From Parcubacteria group bacterium (GTDB lineage Bacteria > Patescibacteriota > Minisyncoccia > 2-02-FULL-40-12), in the NCBI GenBank assembly GCA_016186395.1, contig JACPLU010000002.1, positions 11,470-75,469 on the forward strand: DNA of 64,000 nucleotides, in the 5' to 3' direction. Below, one piece after another: positions 1-8,508 of this stretch (the first letter of the stretch is position 1; each line of letters opens with the position of its first letter). The notes beneath the pieces are model-generated. The model was given only the letters and a program-made list of their open reading frames with translations. It was not told the origin of the DNA and did not search any database. Position numbers and translations under genes: made by a program.

Positions 1-1
1 A

Positions 2-211
2 ACGGCGGACATGGTAAAAGACAAAACAATTGTAATTGATTTTGGATTCAATGAATCATTACATAACAACTCCACTACTATTTCTGGTGACGTTGAATTT
101 GAGTCAGTTTCTAAAAAAGCGTCTTGGATTACACCGGTTCCTGGAGGTGTTGGGCCAATTGTAATTGCCTCTGTTTTAAAAAATTTAGTGACATTGTCCA
201 ATATCCTCTGA
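2..211 (+). CDS. folD: Bifunctional methylene-THF dehydrogenase/cyclohydrolase, C-terminal part (truncated by window edge)
   Basis: VIDFG...GDV...ITPVPGGVGP motif; frame open to window start. Confidence 0.9.
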   Translation, partial: TADMVKDKTIVIDFGFNESLHNNSTTISGDVEFESVSKKASWITPVPGGVGPIVIASVLKNLVTLSNIL

Positions 212-312
212 ACTAACAGATGGCACCGCATCCCATTCTATTTACATTGCCAAAAAAATGATTCGGAACTAGACTTAAACAAGAATCAAAAAGCTCTTTT
301 AAAAGGTGGCCC

Positions 313-1629
313 ATGAAAAAGTATTTTGCTGTATTTTTGTTTATTTTACTAATTCCAGTTTTTGCTCCTATCTCTGCTCAAGAAAAAAATGAGAAAGCAC
401 AAACCCCGGAACCAACTCAATCTAAATTAAAACTATCTAAAAACCCTCTTTCACTTCTAGAGGTTGACCCAACCAGAGACTTCATAAAAGAACTCGATGA
501 GTTAACTACTGCATGGATATTGCGAAAAAAAGAACTGGAAGATAAAAAACAAAACCAACAACTAAAAAACGAGCAAGAAATTTATAATTCCCAAAAGATT
601 TTGATTGAAAACGACAGAAACTGGACAAAAACAAAAAGGGAGTTAGAAAATAAATTAAAAGATCCAAATTTCAAATACATTGATCTTGATTCAATTGGTG
701 ACAAGAAAAAAGGTGTTTGGCTTGTCTCGCTTGAAAAAGAAGCCCGACTGGGTGCTGAAATTGATCAAATGTTAATACAAACACTAAAACCCGTTGAGAA
801 TCCAGTAATTAATACTTACATCCACACGTTGGTGGCAAACCTTGCCCAGAATTCTGATGCTAAAAAGTTATTTCCCGAAATCCATACGAAAGTCCTAGAA
901 TCACCTGAAGTAAATGCTCTTACAACCTTTGGTGGATACCTCTATGTAAATATAGGCTTAATACTGGAAGCAGAAAATGAAGCCCAGCTTGCAGGAGTGT
1001 TAGCACATGAAATAGCGCATATCGGCAAAAGGCATGCTGCCGGAAACTTATCAAAAGCTTACTTGGTTCAATTACCAATTAGAATAGCCGGGAGAGTTTT
1101 TGGAGGGATACTCGGAGGAATAGGCTCTGACATTTTGGCGGCAAAGATTGGCATAGACAAAGGAAAGGAAAGTGAAGCCGACAAATTAGGCATGTCGTAT
1201 GCGGCCAAAACTGGTTTTGATCCATTAGGATTTTTGCAGTTTTTTTCCAACCTTGCCGAAAAAAATAAAAAACGCCCAGGATGGCTAGCTGGATTTTTTG
1301 CAACCCATCCTTCGGCTGATGACCGATTTAACCAGAATCGCATAACCACGTTATATGTATTAAAAAAATTGGATAAGGAAGAATATGTTTTAAACTCTAC
1401 GGCATTTATGCAAATCCAAACCCTTACAAGACGCCTTTATGGAGCGACTACTACACAACAAATGAATAAACAGTCGCAAGAACGCGGACGTCCGACATTA
1501 AGACGCAAGGCACCCGACACCAATCCGCCAGACAAAACCGATCAAAATAAACCTGATCCTGATTCAGAAAAAGACAAAAAAGAACCGCCACCAACGTTAA
1601 AACGAAGACAGCCAGAAGAAAAACCATAA
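313..1629 (+). CDS. M48 family zinc metallopeptidase, secreted
   Basis: Signal peptide; VNA..GG..YV..GLI; LAGVLAHEIAH (HExxH); E.EAD..G; THP. Confidence 0.85.
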   Translation: MKKYFAVFLFILLIPVFAPISAQEKNEKAQTPEPTQSKLKLSKNPLSLLEVDPTRDFIKELDELTTAWILRKKELEDKKQNQQLKNEQEIYNSQKILIENDRNWTKTKRELENKLKDPNFKYIDLDSIGDKKKGVWLVSLEKEARLGAEIDQMLIQTLKPVENPVINTYIHTLVANLAQNSDAKKLFPEIHTKVLESPEVNALTTFGGYLYVNIGLILEAENEAQLAGVLAHEIAHIGKRHAAGNLSKAYLVQLPIRIAGRVFGGILGGIGSDILAAKIGIDKGKESEADKLGMSYAAKTGFDPLGFLQFFSNLAEKNKKRPGWLAGFFATHPSADDRFNQNRITTLYVLKKLDKEEYVLNSTAFMQIQTLTRRLYGATTTQQMNKQSQERGRPTLRRKAPDTNPPDKTDQNKPDPDSEKDKKEPPPTLKRRQPEEKP

Positions 1630-1632
1630 ATT

Positions 1633-1658
1633 AAACCCCCGTCATAGTGGGGTTTTTA
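1633..1658 (+). terminator. Likely intrinsic terminator
   Basis: aaacccc-cgtcatagt-ggggttt stem followed by a T-run, just after the M48 stop. Confidence 0.5.
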
Positions 1659-1727
1659 CTTTTCTACTTTTCCAGCTCTTGTATCTTCAAATGTCTCAAA
1701 TTGGATAAATATACTACAAAAATTATT

Positions 1728-1889
1728 GGGCTTGGTGAACAATGCCTTCTATCATCACTCGTTCGCTCAGCGAGCTCACTTCGTTCCAGCAAAATTGTGG
1801 ATTTTACTCGCAGTGTCTAAACATTATACTGCTCGCAAACCACGCAATCCACAATTTTGAAGTACTGGAAAACATTATTCACCAAGCTC
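1728..1889. repeat. MITE/REP-like element, family A termini
   Basis: Terminal IR gcttggtgaacaatg...cattattcaccaagc; inner stem aaaattgtggatt/aatccacaatttt. Confidence 0.65.
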
Positions 1890-1954
1890 TTAACAAGCTG
1901 TTGACTATTATTTTAATCTATTATATCCTCCTGGGGCTTTGTTAGAGATCGTAA

Positions 1955-2050
1955 AAAAACCGCCGTGGAGGGCATCTGATTTGCCAAGCAATGCTCTTTA
2001 GAGCAACACTTGGTTTGTTTCCTAACTAAGATGCCCTCCACGGCGGTTTT
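1955..2050. repeat. Long inverted repeat (~22-bp perfect arms)
   Basis: aaaaccgccgtggagggcatct ... agatgccctccacggcggtttt. Confidence 0.8.
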
Positions 2051-2507
2051 ATAATTTAATTGATGATAATTCTAAACCCGCTCCTCTAATTATATTCTCT
2101 TGACCCCGCCCTTGAAAAGCACAAGCAACAGGAGTTGCTAATTATGAATAGGGTTTACTTTACTTAATAACGAAGGCATAAGTTTTATAAAATTTTCTGT
2201 TTTCAGTATAAAAGCCAATATTTTCCAAGAGCGGGGTTGACAAGATTTTCGCTACATATATACTTTTAGAAAAGCTTAAACATCTCGCAGGGAAACCGAG
2301 ATTCATAAGTAAAATAATGGCAAATTGTCCTTGTGAGATTTTATTTTGTTTTTGAGAACCGTTTTTATGTTGGACGGTTTTTTGTTGTTTTAAAAATTTA
2401 AAAAATATAGACAAAATAGGACGACTTGCTACGGTTTAACAATTCATAATCCATTCATCATCCTATACATACACTTAAATCCGGAAACTTTAAAAAGGTA
2501 AGTTATT

Positions 2508-2759
2508 GAGCCTAGACGCAATCAAAGAAGCTGTCCGGAAAGTTTCTTTCGCAGCGAAATCTTATAATTTTGAGTAAAGGCGAAGGTTCACGCAAAGGAA
2601 CCTCTGCGGGAATCGCCTCCGAGAGAAGCGAAGATTGAGGAAGAATAGTTTATACTATTCAGACGAGATATTCGCTTCTTGCAGCCAAAATTAGAAGATT
2701 GCAGCCGAATATGGACTTTTCGGATAGCTTCTAAAGGAAACAGGTCTGCGTTTGGGCTT
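2508..2759. repeat. Nested multi-stem palindromic element
   Basis: gagcctagacgca/tgcgtttgggctt outer arms; agaagctgtccggaaagt/acttttcggatagcttct inner arms. Confidence 0.6.
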
Positions 2760-2936
2760 TATTCCCTTATCCATTGGCTGCCTCCACCGAGTCAAACTCG
2801 GTTAATGGAGCGTAGTCATGGAGGTAACCAAAAATAAATGAATAAAGTCGGTCGATCAAAAAAGTGTTTATTTAATAATTTGTAAGTTAGGTGATTAAAA
2901 AAATAATTTAACTTATAAAAAAACAAAACAATAAAT

Positions 2937-3779
2937 ATGACTAAAAAAATACTATTAAGTTCAGTAGTAGTTGTGGCCGCCGCCGCTGTGGTAGTTGGCG
3001 CAACAACTGCTTTCTTTAGCGATACGGAAACCTCAACCGGTAATACGTTTACCGCGGGAGCGATTGACCTTCAAATTGACAATGATTCTTATTACAGTGC
3101 TTTGGATGGACTTGTAAGCTCTGGCACATCTTGGATTCAGAAAGACCTTGAAGATGGCGACTGGTTTTTCAACTTTTCTGACCTTAAACCAGGCGACTGG
3201 GGTGAGGATACGATTTCGCTTCACGTAAACAACAACGATGCGTATGCGTGTGTTGATGTTCGTCTTGATTCAAATGATGATGTTTCATCAACCGAACCAG
3301 AGCTTGAAGATGGTGACGTCCACGTCGATGATAATCCGGAAGGCGAATTGGCAAACCGTGTAAACTTCATCTGGTGGGTAGATGATGGCGATAATGTATG
3401 GGAAGATGACGAACAACTCTTGCCAGCAGGTCCTTTAGGTAATCTAAACGTTGGTCAAGTTGCGACGGTTGCTTTAGCAGAACCAAATAACGGAGGTATC
3501 TTTGGCGGAGCTTTGACTGGTAACCAAACTTACTACATCGGCAAGGCATGGTGCTTTGGTGGTTTTAATGAAGATTGGCTCGATGATCCACCGGCACAAG
3601 ATGACGGTGAAGATGCAGACAGGAGTCCGATTACTCATCCTGTCGTTTGTGACGGTTCTGGTGAGGACAATCAAACTCAAACCGACAGCTTATCTGCAAC
3701 CATCAGTTTTTATGCCGAGCAAGCCAGAAATAACGACGGTTTCGAGTGCTCTGCGCATCTCGGAAACCAACTGGACTAA
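2937..3779 (+). CDS. TasA/camelysin-like protein with SipW-cognate signal peptide
   Basis: GATTAFFSDTETSTGNTFTAGAIDL; LKPGD motif; SipW gene downstream. Confidence 0.8.
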   Translation: MTKKILLSSVVVVAAAAVVVGATTAFFSDTETSTGNTFTAGAIDLQIDNDSYYSALDGLVSSGTSWIQKDLEDGDWFFNFSDLKPGDWGEDTISLHVNNNDAYACVDVRLDSNDDVSSTEPELEDGDVHVDDNPEGELANRVNFIWWVDDGDNVWEDDEQLLPAGPLGNLNVGQVATVALAEPNNGGIFGGALTGNQTYYIGKAWCFGGFNEDWLDDPPAQDDGEDADRSPITHPVVCDGSGEDNQTQTDSLSATISFYAEQARNNDGFECSAHLGNQLD

Positions 3780-3867
3780 TTCTAGTTTATCCCACACACA
3801 AAATTTATGTGTGGGATATCAAAGGCGAAAAGAACTTACGATGTTAAAGATAATAAAAAATATGTCA

Positions 3868-3927
3868 TCCGCCTACGCCATACCTACTTCGCTAAAGCTA
3901 CGAAGGTCGAGGTAGGCTTCGGCGAGA
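3868..3927. repeat. Nested short REP-like palindromes (cttcgctaaagctacg family)
   Basis: cgcctacgcc...[cctacttcgctaaagctacgaagg]...aggcttcggcg. Confidence 0.6.
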
Positions 3928-3967
3928 TGCTCATATTTGCAGCTATTCGCTGCGCTTATAGGCAAAT

Positions 3968-4765
3968 ATGTCAAAAATAACTTTGAGTTTAAGTGTCATT
4001 GCCGCCGCCGCAGTTGTGGTGGTGGGGGCGACAACCGCCTTTTTCAATGACACAGAGACTTCAACTGGAAATGTCTTCACGGCCGGATCAATTGACCTTA
4101 CCGTAGATAGCTTTGGAGCAACTTATAACGGTGAGGATATCGAAACAGCTGGCACAACATGGACTGCTAGAGACTTAACTAATCAGAAGTTCTTTACTTT
4201 TGAGGACATTAAGCCCGGCGATTATGGCACTCGCCATATCAGTGTGCATGCGGATGATAATCCGGCATGGGCATGTCTTCTTGTGACAAACAAGGAAGAT
4301 GACGAAAATGGTCTTAATGAGGCTGAAGGAGATGCGGGTGATGTAACGGAAAACAATGGTGAGCTTTCAAAATATATCAGCGTTTTCGGATGGCAGGATG
4401 ATGACTCTAATGGGAAATATAATCCGGACGACGATGAGACGCCTCTGAAAATTCAAGGAGATCCAGATTTTGATCTGCTTTCCTTCTTCGATGTTTTCTA
4501 CGATCTTGACATCGCCGATTCGCAATCAGAAACAGATGCACTTTCGCCCACTGGCGGTGCATCAACGCGCAATATTGGAGTTGCATGGTGTGTTGGAACG
4601 CAGACAGTTAACCATGATACGGGAGTAATTTCGTGTGACGGCAGTGGCGTACAAGACGATGCTCAATCTGATTCATTCAGCGCGGATGTAGTTTTGTATG
4701 CAGAACAAGTTAGAAATAACCCTAACTTCAAATGTGCAGATGTTGAACTTCCAGAACGAGATTAA
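3968..4765 (+). CDS. TasA/camelysin-like protein, paralog 2
   Basis: GATTAFFNDTETSTGNVFTAGSIDL; IKPGD; YAEQ.RNN..F.C shared with 2937..3779. Confidence 0.8.
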   Translation: MSKITLSLSVIAAAAVVVVGATTAFFNDTETSTGNVFTAGSIDLTVDSFGATYNGEDIETAGTTWTARDLTNQKFFTFEDIKPGDYGTRHISVHADDNPAWACLLVTNKEDDENGLNEAEGDAGDVTENNGELSKYISVFGWQDDDSNGKYNPDDDETPLKIQGDPDFDLLSFFDVFYDLDIADSQSETDALSPTGGASTRNIGVAWCVGTQTVNHDTGVISCDGSGVQDDAQSDSFSADVVLYAEQVRNNPNFKCADVELPERD

Positions 4766-4853
4766 TTTGAAGTCTTTTATCCAGCCTCTGCGTGTCAGGG
4801 GCTGGGGATAAAGACCTCAATATACCAACATCGTAAGACGAAGACGGCTTACG

Positions 4854-5399
4854 ATGTTAAGAGAAATGCAAAAATTTAAGAAAATAGCTTCTAGAATATT
4901 GACGGGATTACTAATCGCCTTGGCGGTGGTTTTGGTTGTGCCGATGCTACCGATTCCGGGCAATTTTCAGATAAGAGTGGTCCAGTCAGGGTCAATGGAA
5001 CCGGCGATTAAAACCGGAAGCGTGGTTTTGATTAAACCCTTAAGCAATTACAAAATAGGTGATGTAATCACTTTTGAAGGTAACTTTAAAGACGCAAAAG
5101 GAAAGAAAATTCCGACTACCCACCGAATCACCGATGCCAAAGTTGATGTCGGCACTATTTCTTATCAGACAAAGGGCGATGCTAATGACGATATTGACCG
5201 AAACTTGGTTTCTGCCAACAAAGTTATCGGAAAGGTTTTAGTTTCAGTCCCCTACGCCGGTTATCTGGTGGCGGGAGCCAAGACTGGCTATGGTTTGCTT
5301 GCGATTGTAGTAATTCCCGCCGCTCTTATTATTTTTGATCAGGTCGGCAAAATAGTAAAAGAAATTAAAAAGTCAAAAAATGCCCAGAAAATCGTCTAA
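4854..5399 (+). CDS. sipW: Signal peptidase I, SipW (ER-type) class
   Basis: VQSGSMEPAI; GDVITF; THRI; TKGDAN; Ser-His type. Confidence 0.88.
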   Translation: MLREMQKFKKIASRILTGLLIALAVVLVVPMLPIPGNFQIRVVQSGSMEPAIKTGSVVLIKPLSNYKIGDVITFEGNFKDAKGKKIPTTHRITDAKVDVGTISYQTKGDANDDIDRNLVSANKVIGKVLVSVPYAGYLVAGAKTGYGLLAIVVIPAALIIFDQVGKIVKEIKKSKNAQKIV

Positions 5400-7152
5400 A
5401 ATAAAAGGGGTTAAACCTCTTCGATATGCTCAAAGCAAGTCAAGAGTTTTAAACAAAAAAATTAAAGCGAGGAAGGCGCAAAGTTTTTGGCTTGCCCTAA
5501 TTCGTGACTTAATTCATGGAAAGTATAATCGAACCAGTATATTGAAAGGGTTTAACTTTGATACTTCTACTTGGTTCGACAAGCTCACCACAAGATGGTT
5601 TGACATAATTCACCATAAGTCGTTCAGTACAAGTTTTATTAAATCTTTAAAAAAAGTAATGACCTCCCTCGCGATTTTCATGTTGGTTGTCGGAATGAAT
5701 TTTACCGGACTTTGGGCAGTGGGAACAACTGTCGCTTATTTCAATGACATAGAGACGGCGTCTAATAACGAACTCACTGCCGGATATCTTGATTTTTCCT
5801 TGAGTGAATACACATTTGAAAGTTCAATCGGGCTAGATGAGACGATTTCAAAAAACACGGTTTTAGTTAACGGCGGAGGAATGGACTTTCAGTATACTTT
5901 AGAAGCGGAGGAAATAGCTGACGTAGATGGTTTTTGCGGAGCGCTTAATCTGCAGACCAAACTTAACGGAGTAGCACAATATGACGGCAACTTAATGTCG
6001 TTGGCTACTCCGGCTTCGACTGTTTTGGGAACCTGGCAATTCAATATTGAATTACCGGTTGATGAAACTTCATTTATAAACGGCGAAGAATGCCAGTTTG
6101 ATGTTGTATTCAAGGGCTGGCAAACAAATGTCGCTTCTTACGACGATGGTGGGTTTAACGACGAGGAAAGAATGACTTTTACTATTACGGCCGGCAAAAT
6201 GGTGGTTCTAAACGAATTTTTACCAAATCCCGACGGCTTTGCTTATGGTTTTGATTTTGGAAATGACAGCGATGATATGCCCCAAGGTGAATGGGTTGAA
6301 CTGTACAATAATAGCACTGGAGCGATTGACTTGGCCGGCTGGTACTTAAGAGACGCCACAGAAGGCGAGGGCAACAAAACAAACATAACCGCTCTAAATA
6401 CGGCTCCGGCCACAACAACTATTGCCGGCAAAAGTTGGTTAGTAGTTTACATGAACAAAGCCATTTACAATAATACCGGCGATACAGTCAGATTATTTGA
6501 CGACTCAAATACTTTAGTTGACTCGCACACATATGATGTAAGCGATTTCTGTGAAATTGAACCAAGCCCCGGAGCATCAAATTCAGAAGATGCTTTCGAA
6601 GGTGACTGTCCCAATGTTCCACCGAATAAATCGTATGCCAGAATTCCCGATGGTATCGGCGATTGGGTTGACCCTATTCCGACCCCGGGCGGGGTTAATA
6701 TTCTTGAGAATGAAGCAGGCGAGTATATTTACAGCGAGAGCAGTATTAGTTTTGAAGAAATAATGGTTGAACAAGAAGAGGTGTTGATTAACGAGGAAAC
6801 AACAACACCCGGAGAAGAAAATGCTATTGCCGAAGAAGAAGTTATAACCGAGGGAGAGGAAGCGACAGTGACTGAAGAAGAGACTATTGTTGAAGAAGAA
6901 GCAACCAATGATGCCGAAGAAATTACAGTTGAAGAAGAAACTGTAGTGGAAGAAGAAACTATTATTGAGGAAAATGTTGTTGACGGATCACCGGCTGATG
7001 AAGAAGACGTTATAACAGGAGAAAATATTATTATTGAAGAAGACATTGCGGTTGAGGAAGAACCCCCTCAAATAGAAGAAGCCACCGCAGGGCAGGCAGC
7101 TCCAGAATCAGAACTAGAATCAACTGGTAACGAAAACAATGAAACTATTTAA
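5380..7152 (+). CDS. SipW-cognate protein with lamin-tail domain and acidic Glu-rich tail (true start may be downstream)
   Basis: TVAYFNDIETASNNELTAGYLD; VVLNEFLPNP...EWVELYN...DLAGW...NNTGDTVRL...PTPG. Confidence 0.75.
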   Translation: MPRKSSKIKGVKPLRYAQSKSRVLNKKIKARKAQSFWLALIRDLIHGKYNRTSILKGFNFDTSTWFDKLTTRWFDIIHHKSFSTSFIKSLKKVMTSLAIFMLVVGMNFTGLWAVGTTVAYFNDIETASNNELTAGYLDFSLSEYTFESSIGLDETISKNTVLVNGGGMDFQYTLEAEEIADVDGFCGALNLQTKLNGVAQYDGNLMSLATPASTVLGTWQFNIELPVDETSFINGEECQFDVVFKGWQTNVASYDDGGFNDEERMTFTITAGKMVVLNEFLPNPDGFAYGFDFGNDSDDMPQGEWVELYNNSTGAIDLAGWYLRDATEGEGNKTNITALNTAPATTTIAGKSWLVVYMNKAIYNNTGDTVRLFDDSNTLVDSHTYDVSDFCEIEPSPGASNSEDAFEGDCPNVPPNKSYARIPDGIGDWVDPIPTPGGVNILENEAGEYIYSESSISFEEIMVEQEEVLINEETTTPGEENAIAEEEVITEGEEATVTEEETIVEEEATNDAEEITVEEETVVEEETIIEENVVDGSPADEEDVITGENIIIEEDIAVEEEPPQIEEATAGQAAPESELESTGNENNETI

Positions 7153-8326
7153 TAAAACAAAATTTATAAAGTTTGTAACATTCTTCACTCTAGTGGGGAT
7201 GTTTATAGCTGGGCCTTCTTATGCCGCTCCAGATGACTTAGTTGTTAATTTTGAGAGCACACCATTGTTCAACGAAGCTAACTTTTTGCCCGGTAACATC
7301 GTTACCAGAACAGTAGAAGTTACCAATAACACTGACAGCTCCAAAGATATCATTGTTGAATCAATAAATGTTACTGACCCTGACAATTTTGCTAGTGCCT
7401 TAAATCTAGTTATTAGCAAAGGTGATGACGAGCTGTATAACGACACTTTGGCTAATTTCTTTGATGCCGGTGAGGTTAATCTTTCTTCGGTAACTGGTTC
7501 AGGTGGTTCAACTACTTACAGTTTTGCGGTTTCGTTTATTTCTGGTTCTGGCAACGACTATCAGGAAAACGAACTTGGTTTTGATATTGTAGTTGGTTTT
7601 GCGGGCGAGGGTGGAAACGAAGACGGAGAAAACGGCGGTAATGGTGGAGGCGGTGGTGGAAACGGAGGTGGCGGTATTGATGCTTTGACAATTCTTAATG
7701 AAACTGTCCGAGCTTTAGACATAGAAACAACAAGTGTTACTATTGTTTGGGACACAAGCTATCGTTCAACCAGCCGAGTAGTCTATGGCACCAGCCCAAA
7801 TTTATTTGATTTTAATAGCGCTCCAAATTATGGGTATCCGCTCTCTACTGCCGAACTGGACAGCCCCGCATCAACAAATGGAACATTTAATCATTCAGTC
7901 GCCATTACAGGTCTTGCATCGGGTACTACCTACTATTTTAGGGCTATATCTCACGCCTCACCCGATACACTAAGTTTCGAAAAAACCTTTGTTACTCTTG
8001 GTTTAAATAATCAAACGGTTAATGCTGGTGAAACAGGAGAAGTTATTGGGACACAGAATTCTAGCACGGGTAGAACAAACCCAAGCGGGCAATCTGATGT
8101 AGCTGGCGTAGCTGATATAATACAGAATAACTCAATTGACGGAGAAACTAATGGCTCTGGTCAGACCGACAATTCTACTAACAATGAAAAGAGTGCAACA
8201 GAAAACCTCACAGCTAATATCGGTGGAGTATTTAAATCAGTAAGCTGGTGGTGGCTGATTATACTGTTTGCTGTTGTTGTATTTTTAATCATTTACTTAA
8301 ACCGCAAAAAGAAATTAAATTCCTAA
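7139..8326 (+). CDS. Surface protein with FN3-like domain and C-terminal membrane anchor
   Basis: Signal peptide; SVTIVWDT...S.V.YG...HSV.ITGL.SGTTYYFRA; C-terminal TM plus basic tail. Confidence 0.7.
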   Translation: MKLFNKTKFIKFVTFFTLVGMFIAGPSYAAPDDLVVNFESTPLFNEANFLPGNIVTRTVEVTNNTDSSKDIIVESINVTDPDNFASALNLVISKGDDELYNDTLANFFDAGEVNLSSVTGSGGSTTYSFAVSFISGSGNDYQENELGFDIVVGFAGEGGNEDGENGGNGGGGGGNGGGGIDALTILNETVRALDIETTSVTIVWDTSYRSTSRVVYGTSPNLFDFNSAPNYGYPLSTAELDSPASTNGTFNHSVAITGLASGTTYYFRAISHASPDTLSFEKTFVTLGLNNQTVNAGETGEVIGTQNSSTGRTNPSGQSDVAGVADIIQNNSIDGETNGSGQTDNSTNNEKSATENLTANIGGVFKSVSWWWLIILFAVVVFLIIYLNRKKKLNS

Positions 8327-8376
8327 AATTATATATATATAAACCTTTTACAAAAATCTAACCTTCACACCTTTTA

Positions 8377-8450
8377 TGTCCCCGGCAGGAGTTGAACCTG
8401 CAACCTTTTGGTTCGAAGCCAAACGCTCTATCCAATTGAGCTACGGGGAC
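8377..8450 (-). tRNA. tRNA-Arg(TCG)
   Basis: GTCCCCG acceptor, TTTGG-CT-TCG-AA-CCAAA anticodon arm, GGTTCAAC T-loop. Confidence 0.95.
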
Positions 8451-8508
8451 AAATTTAGCTTTATTTAATCCTAAATCTTGCTTTTAAGCAAGATTTAGAG
8501 TTGCCAAA

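Noticed and set aside
1742-2414. Short ORFs 1742..1945 and 2160..2414
   Set aside because: They overlap palindromic repeats or AT-rich non-coding DNA and show no recognisable protein features.
2315-2440. c-di-GMP-I riboswitch upstream of the TasA operon
   Set aside because: ggcaaa and ggacg...gctacgg are suggestive, but the GAAA tetraloop stem and GCAAAG spacing are missing; not supportable without a covariance search.
6760-7140. GAA-rich stretch as a tandem DNA repeat
   Set aside because: Explained by the low-complexity Glu-rich tail of the 5380..7152 protein.
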